A stretch of 63,888 nucleotides of DNA, filler included, from Octopus bimaculoides (taxonomy: Eukaryota), in NCBI RefSeq assembly GCF_001194135.2. It is 5 parts of 5 records of this genome, joined end to end, with 100 filler letters (N's around TTAATTAATTAA, not from the genome) between each part and the next. Parts side by side here need not be neighbours in the genome. Positions count along the whole stretch, not along the records: positions 20,105 to 31,138 come from NC_068981.1; positions 31,239 to 40,216 come from NC_068985.1; 3 more parts are not named here. One strand, 5' to 3'. Numbering within the stretch: position 1 is the first letter of the stretch; each line of letters starts with the position of its first letter. Of this stretch, positions 25,575 through 38,356 are shown one piece after another. Position numbers and translations under genes: made by a program. The notes beneath the pieces were generated by a model that saw nothing but the letters and a program-made list of their open reading frames with translations, ran no database searches and was not told the origin of the DNA.

Positions 25575-25785
25575 CAGTAATTCCTCGCCATACCACGGTT
25601 CACCTATCGCAGTTTATTATTTAAGCTTACGTCGATTCGTCCGTGGCGTCATTTTGCATTTATAATAAAACGAATATATACAAATTATAAAAATATATAC
25701 AGTACTGTTTCTACTTCGCGGATTTTCACCTATCGCAAGGGGATGAGGATGGAACGGGAAACTCGCGATAGTCGAGAGATTGCTG
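25575..25785. mobile_element. Tigger/pogo-like MITE
   Basis: TA|CAGTAATTCCTCG ... CGAGAGATTGCTG|TA. Shares its TIR type and the CAGTACTGT internal motif with 7275-7745. Confidence 0.75.
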
Positions 25786-25821
25786 TATATTGCTTTCAAA
25801 CATTTGGGAAGCGAGGAAGTT

Positions 25822-25985
25822 GATAACATCGCCCCCAATGCTCAACTAGTACTTATTTTATCGACCCTGAAAGGATGAAAAGTAAAGTTGGTCACGGTGG
25901 AATTTGAACTCAGAACGAAAAGACAGATGAAATGCCGCCGAGCTTTTTGCCCGGAGAGCTTACGACTCTGCTAGCTCGCCGCCTT
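25822..25985 (-). mobile_element. SINE family A
   Basis: Reverse-complement homologue of 43587-43790. Confidence 0.85.
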
Positions 25986-26571
25986 CAGTACCTATAAATT
26001 GATTACAACATACAATATCTTTATATTAATATATGTACAACTATATATAACATAGCTTTATAAACTTATATAATACTAATATATATTAGTGCGTACGCGT
26101 CGTATATATGTGTGTGTATGCTTCGTGTGTGTATATGTATCTGGGTCGACATGTTTACTGGAACAGAATCAAGCCGCTGAGAATAAAGAACTCAAAGTTA
26201 GGAGTAGGAGTATGAGTGTTAGCTTAGCCGTGAATCCAATAACTACCAAGATGTAGGTGTTGTTATAAACAACTTAAGCTTGCAAATGATACGCGACTAC
26301 TGCCGGAAAATGAAACTAGTCAAAATATATATCAGTGAAAAAGAGTTATTCTCCTCTCACTCCCCTTCCCTGATCCTCTTCGTCCTCTCCCTTCTTAACC
26401 TCTCTCCCTCTTCCTTTTATATAAACATATACCTATGTAATAACTATCCCACGCCAGTGTTTATTATTCGATGTATTCGAGTTATTCTCAATATTTATTT
26501 ACGTTCAATAAGTAAGCTAAATAAATCATAAAGCGTTCCAAAATGTATTAATAATATTTAACTAGCTACAG

Positions 26572-26770
26572 GTCACGAGCTACCAGAATCGTTAGCACGC
26601 CAGGAAAACTGCTTAGCGGCATTTCGTCCATTTTTACATTCTGAATTCAAATTCTGCTTATGTCAACTTTGCCTTTCGGGGTCGATAAAATAAGTACCAG
26701 TTGAAAACTAGGGTCAATGTAACAAATTACCCCTCCCCTAAGATTAGTGGCTTGTGCTAAAATTTGAAGC
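26572..26770 (+). mobile_element. SINE family A (215 bp upstream of the transglutaminase exon)
   Basis: Aligns with 43587-43790. Confidence 0.85.
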
Positions 26771-26984
26771 CAATATTTAACTAGCTATCATGTCCACCAA
26801 GTAGCATTTCACGAGCTTTTAGTAAAACATTTATGACTTCTTGATAACTTAAATATGCATTTACTTAATATAAACAAATTTTACACAAAATAATAAAAAT
26901 GTGATAGTTATTCAAACTGATGATACATGTATGTTATGTTGACATTCTTTTATATTTTATTATTTCTTTTTTTTTATCTACCAG

Positions 26985-27120
26985 TATTTCGAACGCTTGG
27001 CATTCCAACACGTTGTGTAACTAATTTTAAGTCGGCCCATGACAGTGATTACAGTGGTCCAGTGGACGCATATTGGTCACCTGAAGGAAAACCGCGGAAA
27101 CTGTACGACGATGCTATTTG
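26985..27120 (+). CDS. Internal exon of a transglutaminase (protein-glutamine gamma-glutamyltransferase) family gene, catalytic core region
   Basis: Translates (V)FRTLGIPTRCVTNFKSAHDSDYSGPVDAYWSPEGKPRKLYDDAI(W). This matches the transglutaminase core segment LRxLGIPxRxxTNFxSAHD...D..W that lies between the catalytic Cys (GQCWVF) and His (NFHVWNE). Long T-rich tract + CCAG acceptor upstream, TG|GTGAGA donor downstream. 136 nt, phase 1 start and phase 2 end (split Trp codon), which as I recall matches the equivalent vertebrate TGM exon. Confidence 0.93.
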
Positions 27121-28144
27121 GTGAGAAACGAACAACTTACTCTCTGTGTTGAATTCCTTTCTAAATAAATTGCTTCTAACTAGATACTCGATGCAATAGT
27201 TTGCTTAAGAACAATGTAGTTATGGAGTCAGTCCTGCTGTGCAGTTAATCGGGCAACCTGTCTTCTGACATAACTTCAAACCGGAGAAAAAATTATAGAC
27301 TTAAATTTATTACCGAATACCTATGTGGAAGCTCGTTACAGATACAATTCCACTTTTAAGATGGTAGATTTAAGCTGTCACCCGGTTTAACACCACCACC
27401 GGGTCTTTTGGCACTTTTAGCAGTGTCCATTCTGTCGCAAACATTCAGGTCGGGTCCCTGATTTCATGACAACCTACTCCTTTATTTTCCTACATCTCTG
27501 AGGCCCTGAAAGGCCATGGGTACTGCTACTCCTCCTCTGATTCAGCTGTAAACAACCGCTAAACCGCAAACTAGCTTCAGTTCTCAACTGACGTTAATTC
27601 ATTTCATTCGTTTACACCCACATAATCTCATTTTCTACAAATCTATGGTTGAGCATTTAAGTAGAAAATCAATATTAGTTTTTCTTCTAGCTGAACTGGG
27701 ATCTGTCAGTTTATGTGTGATTATTTTATCGCCCCCTGCCTACTAGAAATCAAATTAAAACGGTTTATTTAAACGCTGTAGTTTTTAAGCATTGTTATGT
27801 GAAGCATTATAAAGTCTAAACCAATGTTTCGGTATTTACAACAAACATTCAAGCCTATAAATTGAATCAAAACTATATGATATAGTTTTGTCAAACTTTG
27901 AAATTTGCTAAATTTACCTCCTAATCTACACTAAGAAATCGTAATCTTCCTTGCTATCAGATAATTATTATTAGGGGGAAGTAGGGAAACGGCACTTAGA
28001 AGAATTTCTTTTTTCTAATTCCTGCAAAGTATTAACTTAAATAATCATCTTTAAAATATTTCATCTTTGCTTCTACCATTGTTTCTGCTATGTTACTGAT
28101 GCTATTTTTCTTTGATGTTCTGTTGGTGTTATATTGTATAAGAT

Positions 28145-28197
<53 letters not shown>

Positions 28198-28203
28198 TGA
28201 TGA

Positions 28204-28758
28204 TACCTGATGCAGTGCCAGGCATTGGCTCTCATGGCTTTAAATCTTAACTGATTGGAAGTGTTATCATGTACATTGTTTTGTCTTGGTATAAAAGATG
28301 GGCTACAGCAAATATTTTGCTTAATACCATAGATTTGCTTGTCAGTTGTTTGACCTTAATTAGTTGAGCATGTCCCTTGGTGGCTGATGATATGTGCATC
28401 TCTGATCATGAGCAGAAGTAGTGGGGAAGCATCATAGCCATATGTAGAGAGGAATTCTTTGGGGTTTTAATAATTCACCTCTGGGAACATGGGTGTTTTG
28501 CTCAGCATACTTAAACAAACCTTATTCAGGGACCTTTTGAGCAGGATGGGCTACTCGACCTGAAGAAAATTCTAACTGGGCCCCACCTGCGAGGTCATGC
28601 GTTGTTTATCTTGATATGAGATCACAATGTCGCACACATATGGTTGTGATGCATGTGCCAGGTGTACCCTTATCAGATGGGTAGTCATGATGGGTATATT
28701 GGGCTTCGTATATTTGTACCCCAGTGTCACTTTGATGACATGCACTGCTCTCCCACTC
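28204..28758. mobile_element. ~555-bp non-coding repeat element sitting inside an (AAT)n microsatellite
   Basis: Complex, higher-GC block bounded by (AAT)n on both sides (28147-28195 and 28759-28800). It resembles an abundant octopus repeat as I recall it; no intact ORF. Confidence 0.6.
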
Positions 28759-28793
<35 letters not shown>

Positions 28794-28802
28794 TAATAAT
28801 TT

Positions 28803-29232
28803 TTCCACATGGGCGGCTATTTTGAAGAAGCGGGTATGTTGATTACATCGGCCCCAGTGTTCAACTGGCACTTAATTTATCGACCCCGAAAAGATGAAAG
28901 GCAAAGTCGACCTCGATAGAATTTGAACTCAGAACGTAGTAAACTGACGAAATACAGCTAAGCATTTCACGCGCCGTACTAACGATTCTGCTAGCTCACC
29001 AATAATAATAATACTTTCTACTATAGACACAAGGCCTGAAATTTGGGGATAGGGAACAAGTCGATTACATCTATCCTAGTGGTTCAATGGTACTTCATTT
29101 ATCGACCCCGAAAGGATGAAAGGCAAGGTCGACCTCAGTAGAATTTGGATTCAAAGCGTAAACACGGACAAAATGTCGCTAAGAATTATATTTAACCTGG
29201 CGTGCTAACGATTCTGCCAGCTCGCTGCCCTA
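28803..29232 (-). mobile_element. Two tandem SINE family A copies (28803-29000, 29012-29232)
   Basis: Two successive reverse-complement copies separated by a short (AAT)n. Confidence 0.85.
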
Positions 29233-30879
29233 ACACAATAATGATGATTATGATGATAATTTAGTTACAAGGCCAGTATATACATATGTTTCATTTTTGA
29301 TTTACGTTGTGTTTTGCATAGATAGATAATGTGTAATAAACTACAAGCCGTAAAAAGCACAATTATACAAATTGGGATATCAACTGATGTGCTAGCCAAG
29401 TTTATGACTGTAATAAGCAACTGGTCTATGCTAGTAATTGAGAAAGGATGTGGAGTACATCTTTTCTGAAGATTGATCAACAAATTGTGAAACGGTCTGC
29501 CAGGAAACTCTTTTCCACTTATGTCCTCACATCCATTCTTATTTAACTCANNNNNNNNNNNNNNNNNNNNNNNNNNNNNNNNNNNNNNNNNNNNNNNNNN
29601 NNNNNNNNNNNNNNNNNNNNNNNNNNNNNNNNNNNNNNNNNNNNNNNNNNNNNNNNNNNNNNNNNNNNNNNNNNNNNNNNNNNNNNNNNNNNNNNNNNNN
29701 NNNNNNNNNNNNNNNNNNNNNNNNNNNNNNNNNNNNNNNNNNNNNNNNNNNNNNNNNNNNNNNNNNNNNNNNNNNNNNNNNNNNNNNNNNNNNNNNNNNN
29801 NNNNNNNNNNNNNNNNNNNNNNNNNNNNNNNNNNNNNNNNNNNNNNNNNNNNNNNNNNNNNNNNNNNNNNNNNNNNNNNNNNNNNNNNNNNNNNNNNNNN
29901 NNNNNNNNNNNNNNNNNNNNNNNNNNNNNNNNNNNNNNNNNNNNNNNNNNNNNNNNNNNNNNNNNNNNNNNNNNNNNNNNNNNNNNNNNNTAAACAGTTG
30001 GTTTTCTGTGTGTATTTCTGGGGACTTGGCCTCCGATTGATGCACACACATATTCATGCACATACATGCCTACACACTCACACGCACACGCATTCACACA
30101 TACACACACACACACACATACATACATACATACATACATGTATGCATACATGGTGTTATAATAGAGGACTATTCATATTTTCGGGTAACGAATACTTTTC
30201 AAATAAAAATACATATTTTCTTTGGATAAATGCAAAGAAGCGCTTGTTTTGAGAAGAACGTAACATTAATCAAATGGTGAAAAAAATTAAACTGGTAAAT
30301 AACACATGTTTTACTAAAACACTATTACATACAGAAAACTAGAATTAGCTAGAGTAGATGCTAAAAGTATATAAAACAAAAACGGTCGACTTTTGAATTG
30401 AATCAAGACTGGTCCCAATTCTGTAAAGGGTCTAGAAACAGTTAATCCACCGATTAGAGGAAGTTGCACAGATGCCGCGAGCCCAAAATGGACTGTCTGC
30501 AAAGTAATTCAGCCGGCTAATTCACATTCTCTCGTCTTACACGCACGCATATGTGTGTGCATGTGTGTGTGTGTTTGTATGTATTACGTAAGACGAGAGA
30601 ATGTGTTTGCGTGTGTGTGTAATTTTTTGAACTGATGGGTATGTGTCAATTAGTGCGCTGAATAAAGCACGTTCATAGTTTGGACCACCTGATGTTTTCT
30701 ACGGTTGGGGTATATTTCCGCTGGATCTACTTCAGGAATTCTGCAGTGTTAGTTAAAATATGAATAATCAATGAATGAAGCAGAAGATGGATTTGACATT
30801 AGTCTTTATTCAGTACACACATAGACACACACATAAAAATGTATGTATGTATGTATGTATACAAATGTGTGTGAGTATG

Positions 30880-30910
<31 letters not shown>

Positions 30911-31442
30911 GTACACAAACGCACATATATAGCAATAAGAAAATGGAAGGGAATAGGATTTATATATATTATATATATATATAGAGAGTTATTAATATGT
31001 CTAAGTCTCTCTAAAGGAGACTACGGCAGCGGTACTGGAAATTAATAGTTATCGCCAAGCCAACATGGCAGTCCCAAAATTAGGACGAAAGCTGCCGTGA
31101 ATTAGCTCCAAGAAGCCATCGCCTCTAGCTAGCTATGTNNNNNNNNNNNNNNNNNNNNNNNNNNNNNNNNNNNNNNNNNNNNTTAATTAATTAANNNNNN
31201 NNNNNNNNNNNNNNNNNNNNNNNNNNNNNNNNNNNNNNATATATATATATATACAGGGTGGCCCAAAAGTAGGTTTACAGATATTCAACTATCTCTTTTG
31301 CATTCATATATTAACATCTTAGATCCTGATTAACAAAAAAAATATGAAACCCTTACTTTAAGCTATGGAAAATGTTTGATCTCAAGGAGAGCACAATAAA
31401 TGGCTTTTGCTTTGTATATATGTGTGTATTTGTATGTAGAGT

Positions 31443-31490
<48 letters not shown>

Positions 31491-32151
31491 CAGAGAAAGG
31501 GAGAAAGAAAGAAAGAACGAGAGTGGGAGACAAAGAGAAAGAGTCATGTACAGACGTTTGTTGTTTTAGTCGTGCAACCTCGTCCTTTATGGAGCAAATT
31601 TATTATTAAAGATATTCCAGCCATAACCATCTTATCTTCGATATATGTAAGATTAACAGACCCAGTATATCGTTACTTTCTTAAGATAGCATTCTGTGTG
31701 TGAGATATGGCGGCTATTTCCAAAGAACGTCCTGCCACATAGTATTCATTCGTTGTACCTATTGAAATTAGACTGATTATCTATGAATACGTTTTTCAGT
31801 TAATGATTTGAACTAATTATTCTATTTAATTAATTGATTTCCTTTCAACTTCATAACTTTTCTTTTAATATTTATATTTTGTTTCAATTTAAATTTCATT
31901 TATTTTCACTGGTGCACAAACAATGATTGAACTCCATAATAATATGTTTACAGGTTTAAATAAATTGTTTATTGCTGTCGCACAAAGCTAATCTGAGATA
32001 AAGCAAATATTGAGAGTCCAATGTAATTGTTATGAATGTCTCCATTAGTAACAGGATTTTTTGAAAATATATATACAGTTTAAATACATAGAGACGTCAA
32101 CAAAGTATAAGCGGTCTCTCAACGGGGGTCAAATCTTCCTGAAATCGTGCC

Positions 32152-33320
32152 CAAGAGTAAGTCAAAAATTATTTTCTTGTTCTATAATTGTTTCTATAAT
32201 TTATGAAAACAATATCAGGGATTGAAAAATTGCATCATTTTTCGCCATAATCTCCTTGCTTTTCGAAGCACTTCTTCCAGCAGTCTACAGGCTTGCTTAT
32301 TCCATCAGAGAAGAGGGTTTACAGCTGGTTTTGTAGCCAGTGATGCATTCTTAGTCTGCAGGGAATAGACGACCACGTAAAGGACGTCTGAGCGATTCAA
32401 ATGAGTAATAGTCAGAAGGGACGAGATCTTGACTGTATGCGGAATGTTCCAATAACTGGAAACCGAATTTTTTCAATTATTTCAACGATGCTGGACGGCC
32501 ATATATGGGAAGCCGTATGTAGGTGGTGAGCGTACATTGTAATAAAACATTAGCACTTGATTTGACAATAGACCTCAGCGTTTGGTGCGAATTGCTGGTT
32601 TCAGTTTGTTGGCCAGCATTCCACTGTAGCCTACACTGGTGACTGTAGACCTTTCTTTCAGGTAATGTTTTAGTGTAGGCCCTTTTACGTCCCCCCCCCC
32701 AAAAAAAAACGGTTAGCATCACTTCTGTGGAAAGTCGAGTCTTGAATTTCTTTTTCGCTGACGATTTCCTGTGTTTCCATTCCATACTCTGGCTTTTAGA
32801 TTCTGACACAAAGTGATGGACACAAGTCTCATTTCTTCTAACGACTCTGTTCAAAACATATTCGCCATCATCATTACAGTGGTTGAGTAAGCGTTGATAG
32901 ATTTCCACACGGTTGCAGTTATGTGCTTCGCTAATTTTTCTTGGTACCCATCTTGTATTGACAGTACGGAAGTGAAGCTTGTTGTGGATGGTTTCTTATG
33001 CAGAACCCTGACTAATTTGCACCTCGATTACAGCTGAGTGCTATCCCTATATTGTACTGAAAGCCTCCGCTGAATTTCAGCCCGATACACCTCTAGACCA
33101 GAGAAATCGGATCAGTGATCTTTGTTCTTCCTTGGTGCACACTGCTAGTGGGTGGCCATGTTTACTCTGTAACACAACAAAGAAAACTGGAGTGATCAAG
33201 ATCAAACCTCGGTTACGTAACCAAACGAGTCCCACGTTTTAACACTCGAGTGCTGAAGGCAGGGCGGCCAATCTAAAGGAAGTTATGGCGAAAGAGCGGG
33301 TAATTTTTGACTTCCCATTA
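32152..33320 (-). mobile_element. Decayed mariner DNA transposon with disrupted transposase
   Basis: Minus-strand peptides PLAVCTKEEQRSLIRFLWSRG, YVLNRVVRRNETCVHHFVSESKSQSMEWKHRKSSAKKKFKT..VMLTVFF and LEHSAYSQDLVPSDYYSFESL are decayed WVPR/TGDETW/HPPYSPDLAPSD mariner motifs. Degenerate TIRs sharing AAGTCAAAAATTA lie at both ends. Confidence 0.9.
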
Positions 33321-33799
33321 TAGTGATAGATGTACACGATATCTGCAAAAAAACAGAAAGCCGTAAAGATTGCTACAGAAGTATCATCCATCATAAGTGT
33401 GTTGAATCAAGGCCGATCTGTGGCTAAACAGCCTGAATTTCATTGGCTTCGCATTCCTATTTTTATATATCATTTCTTTTTCTCGTTTTGTATTTTCGTG
33501 CTTCTTAATTTTGTTTTATTTTCCTACAAAACTAATTTATTGAGAAAGGATAAATATATTTTGTAGTAAATTTTAACAAAAATCATTATCTGCGATAACA
33601 TCAGACAGAGAACAATTTTCTTCAAACCTGTCTCTTCGCTGGATTGTTCTCAAATCTCTGCTATGGAAATCCACATGTCAAAATTGTTACTGGTCCAGAT
33701 ATTTTGTACAGATACTTGATATTTATGAAAAGTTCCTGTTTGAGTACGTGTCTCCATCACTGAGAATTCATGACCAAACTTTCGTAGAGTATATTAGTT

Positions 33800-33970
33800 T
33801 CAACTTTTGGCAACAGGTCAGCAAGTTCAGAGGAGGTTCATATCGATTACATTTACCCCAGTGCTCAACTGGTACTTATTTTATCGACCCCGAATAGATA
33901 AAAAGCAAAGATGACCTCAGAACATGAAGCATTTTGTCCGGCGTGCTAACAATTTCAACCAGCTCGCCCC
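33800..33970 (-). mobile_element. SINE family A (internally deleted)
   Basis: Reverse-complement similarity to 43587-43790. Confidence 0.75.
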
Positions 33971-36299
33971 TTTCGTCATAGTATATATTGGCTTCATTTT
34001 TTGTCTATTGTTGGTAAATATAGCGGAGGTCATTAAGGAACATTTAATGTTTGAGATTTAAAGAAAGGAAATGATTTAGAAATGGATTTCTGATTGATGG
34101 AATATAAACTAAGATTCAAAATCAATACTAATAATGAGAGATCAGCAGAAAATGACAAGCTGATAAAAGAAATGTAAAGATAAGTTAGATGACGGAGGGA
34201 AAAATACGCGAGTTGATTGCTAAAAGAGAATTATAAAAACATGAAAAGTAATATTTCCTGGTCGACAACGAAAATTGTCGATCAGAAAAATTATCGAATA
34301 CTGATAAAGGAAATAAGTACTGGACGCTAAAAGATAACACTTGCCTAAAATAGGGTGTAATGAGATCAAATGTAAAAAAGTTTTAAGAGAATAACAGGCG
34401 AAGACAATAATAGTCTTTAAAACAAAGAGCAATGATAACAGTTAAATGAAAGATAACAGTTATACGAAAAAGAGAACAATCTTATAACAGCTAAAGATAA
34501 TAGTGTGTCGGCGATTTTTTTAATATTTTGGCGGGTGCTCCTTTTTAGATGAATGGCAGCAGTTGTGAGAACGAAGATGCATTAATATTTTGTCTTAAAT
34601 TCTAAAAAGACTGATAATACTTGTAAGAACGATTGAGAAGTTAAACAGAACGAGATATAAGAGTTAAATATAGATCAATAAATCGAAGATAACAGCTATA
34701 AAAAAGAGGGAGAATTCTTATGAAAGTAAAAGCGACTGAAGGATAGAAAATAATGCTAGACTCAGAAATTACTGCAAGACATAAGAGCTAAAGTTCAATG
34801 ATAGTATATAATGAAGTCTAGAATATAATTGATCAGTGTTAACAAATATTGAAGGGTAAACGTAAACGGATTAGGAAACAGAATCATAAACTGTAATGAT
34901 GAAATATAAATAACAGGATTTCTGTTCCTACTTCAATATAATATTGGTGTTGACATAAAGGATACAAAGAAACACTATGTGCTCATTGTTTTATAGATTA
35001 TGTTGAAATTATCTTTTATGTCCTCATATTTTGTTCCTTTGTAAATGCGTTTTCTCATTCCTAATCAAGAACTGTTAACTTTTATACAAGGTGCACCGAG
35101 CATTATGAACAAATTTTAGCGGGCCATATACGTGAAACGGCCTAACGTATTGTTACGCTTGTTATTTCTCTTTCAGACATATCGACAATGCCAAATGGTA
35201 GATCTGGCACAATAAATTAAAAGGCATACTACACTCATGCCTCTAACCACTAGGCACAGTGATTCGGATTTGCCAGCTTCTTGAAGGAGACCAGGTCCTT
35301 CATGTTTTGGGTATAGAAAGAGCCGGAATTTTCTGGTTCGAGGAACTTATCATCCATCACTAAGAGTAGACACAGTTTCAGCTGTCAGGTGAGATCAAGA
35401 TGGTTAAATTCGTCCAGCTGGTGCAAGGCATCGTCAACGAAAGCACCAATTTGTTGATGACAGTCATCGCCGAGCAGCTTAAGGTAGTGAACTCTACTAT
35501 CAAATGTGATGCATGAGTACATCGAGTGCAAACCCTACATCATGAGGAGACAATTCTTGTTCTTTAAGACCAGGGAGAACCGCATGATAATATGATCGCA
35601 ACGACATTTGGGTTCTTAATATTTGTATTTAGCAACTACTATGTTCTAGAAATAAAATAATGTTGCTATGTAGGTTAGACTACTTGGACTAGACATAGGA
35701 AATCAAAAAGATTGCAGTGAAGTAATTTGTAGCTTAAATTTTCTAGATACAGCTATGGCTAAGACAATGATATTGGTGTACGACTGCCATAAAATAAGGA
35801 GGAATATAATGACGACGATGATGATGATGATGATGATGATGATTATCATCATCATTATCATCATCGTGGCCGTGGAGGCGGCGGCTGGTTGTGATGGGTG
35901 TACGAGTATGCCTTCAGTTTATCACGCCTTCACTAATGCATTAAAACTGTAGGGCTAGCTCTATTAAAATTATTTCAAACGTGTGTGGGCGCGTCTTTAC
36001 GCAATTAATCACAAAAGAAACGAAGATCCGGGAGTGTAACTAGTTGTTCATACAAACAACGTTAGTCAGATGCCACACACACACACAGCGTTGAATGGTG
36101 TGAATAGGCCAGTTTACCATTTGTAATAGAATGAAGATAATATAGTAAACAATAAGCAAGCAAAAACAGTAAAATGACTGAAATAGTGGCAATGATGTTG
36201 TTGGGGCTGAAAGGGGGAAAAAATAATAAGGATATTGTTCAAGATTCTTCATCTACCAGTAATATTTCCAATATTATCACCCAACCACACCACAACTAT

Positions 36300-37420
36300 C
36301 TTGACTGCTATTAACAGCATCGTCATATCGTCACCACCATGGCCATTACATCCCCACAACGATGGATGCACACCCTCGAAAAATTATTTTGTTCAAGACA
36401 TTGTTACATTGTTACACTTGTCGTTATCAAAGCATCCGACCATATCTGGCGCACAATTCTCCTGACAAGACTGCTCAACTATGAGCTTGATCCGTCACTT
36501 ATCTCATGGATCTATGGTATCCTGTTTGGCACCATCACGGATGTGCTGACCCACACTCTCCGAATTCTACTGCGCCCCAAGTTTCGGGTTACATCTCCTT
36601 AGCCTTCGTATATACATCAAAGACCAGCTTAGTATTTTTCAACAACGCTCACTCCTACGTGGATGACATCGCTTTTCATTCCTAATCTTCCCTGCCTATG
36701 CACCATCCGCATACAATGTAAATGCCTTGCACCAAATCCTTAATGATATCATGAACACAGATTTGGAAGTAGGAGTCCTCGTTGTCACTGATAATTTCTT
36801 AAGCATACCGGTGGGTACCTATCTTTAACATAGCAAAGATTTAACTTCAAACACAGTCCTAGTTTCTCAAGTTCAGATAATACTTCAACTTCCAGAAAAC
36901 TCTAACCGTTTCCCAAGCTCGAATGAGAGTACTGCTTACCACATCTAGGATGGTGCTACTATTATACAGCCTGACATCTTAGATCACACACAAAAAAGGC
37001 CACCGACTGATTAGCATAAAGTCGTCCACAAAATCACTTTAACTATAGTACACAGATGTGCTGCCACCTCTCTCTGCTTTTTCTATTGGTACTATTGTAG
37101 CCTCTAGCTAATATAGACGTCTCTAGCTATTATAATAGCTACTGTAGTCTCAAAGACGTCTGTTATGTCTTCTCAACGGAGCGGTCTCTATCCACTTGTC
37201 TCTTCTCCTCTCATCACCCATTATGTGTTCACCAACCTCCAGATCTAATACTAATCACTCTGCCCAATCCTACCTCCCTTGGACATCGGCCATCTGGAAC
37301 TCGGTTCTTGCCAATGTATTTCCCGCAGCTGCCCATTTACAACTATCCAAGAGCATAATTAACTACTTCGATGTCTGCGTGTCTTGGGGTTATGGTAAGA
37401 ACATGAGCACATCTTCCTCT
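36300..37420 (+). mobile_element. Decayed CR1/Jockey-group LINE (RT domain to C-terminus)
   Basis: Peptides KASDHIWRTILLTRLLNYELDPSLISWI (KAFD motif region), SYVDDIAF (YADD) and LPWTSAIWNSVLANVFPAAAHLQLSK (typical LWNSLP..VFP C-terminus). Many stops and frameshifts. Confidence 0.8.
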
Positions 37421-37784
37421 CGACTACATTAATGTGTTATTAAAACGAAAGGCCATTTTGTCCAATGTATCATTTATTTTAAAATGGTAGGGTATGATCT
37501 GGTAAAATTCGGTTGTTATCTTAAGCCGGTCAGTCGATCACATAGCAGCTCCTCATAGCCTAGGCTCAGCAACAAGGTATTCAAAATAAAATAAAAAATG
37601 AAGAAAAAAATGAAAAAAATATATTCCCTTTTAAACATTCGCTTTAAAAATATAATTAAATTTGTTTCCTGTTCAGTCTGTAAACGAAGATCACTTCAAA
37701 GCAGTGTACACTCAATTCACACTAGAAGCAGTAAGCTTTAGATTAAAAGCAACTATCATGTTCATTTAATATTTAAGGGGTAAT

Positions 37785-37955
37785 AAGGCAGCGAGTAGGT
37801 AGAATCGTTAACACATCGATCAAAATGCTTAGTGGCATTTCGTCTGCCTTCGTGTTCTGAGTTCAAATTCTGCCGAGGTCGACATTGCCTTACATCCTTT
37901 CAGGGTCGTTAAAATAAGTACCCTTCCCCGAAACTTCTGGCCTTGTGCCAAAATT
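37785..37955 (+). mobile_element. SINE family A
   Basis: Aligns with 43587-43790. Confidence 0.85.
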
Positions 37956-38238
37956 TAAAACACTATTGAAGGAGTAAAGAAAGAGTGCGATTTTGATTTT
38001 GTCTTGTTTTTCATTGTAAATACACTTATAGAGATATTTGAGATCACAAGAATGTTTGCTTTTTTAGGTACAGAAGAGAGGAAAATATGAGGGGATATAT
38101 CACAGCATAGAATACGAATTTGCAGAGTCTTTAGAATATCATGTAAAATACCTGAGTTCAAATTTCGCTGCAGCCAACTATGCTATTTATTCCCTTCGGT
38201 ATCTACAATGTGCAATACAACTCGATACGCGTCTCATC

Positions 38239-38356
<118 letters not shown>

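Noticed and set aside
30408-30503. TGPNSVKG...PKWTVCK, faintly like a transglutaminase N-terminal sandwich strand
   Set aside because: There is an in-frame stop just upstream, no pyrimidine tract, and only superficial similarity.
35090-35600. Possible Tc1-like remnant (TACAAGGTGCACC end); isolated Tc1-type TIRs at 31254-31275 and 50090-50110, and a hAT-like end at 61565-61610
   Set aside because: No partner TIR or convincing transposase peptide was found, so these are too weak to call.
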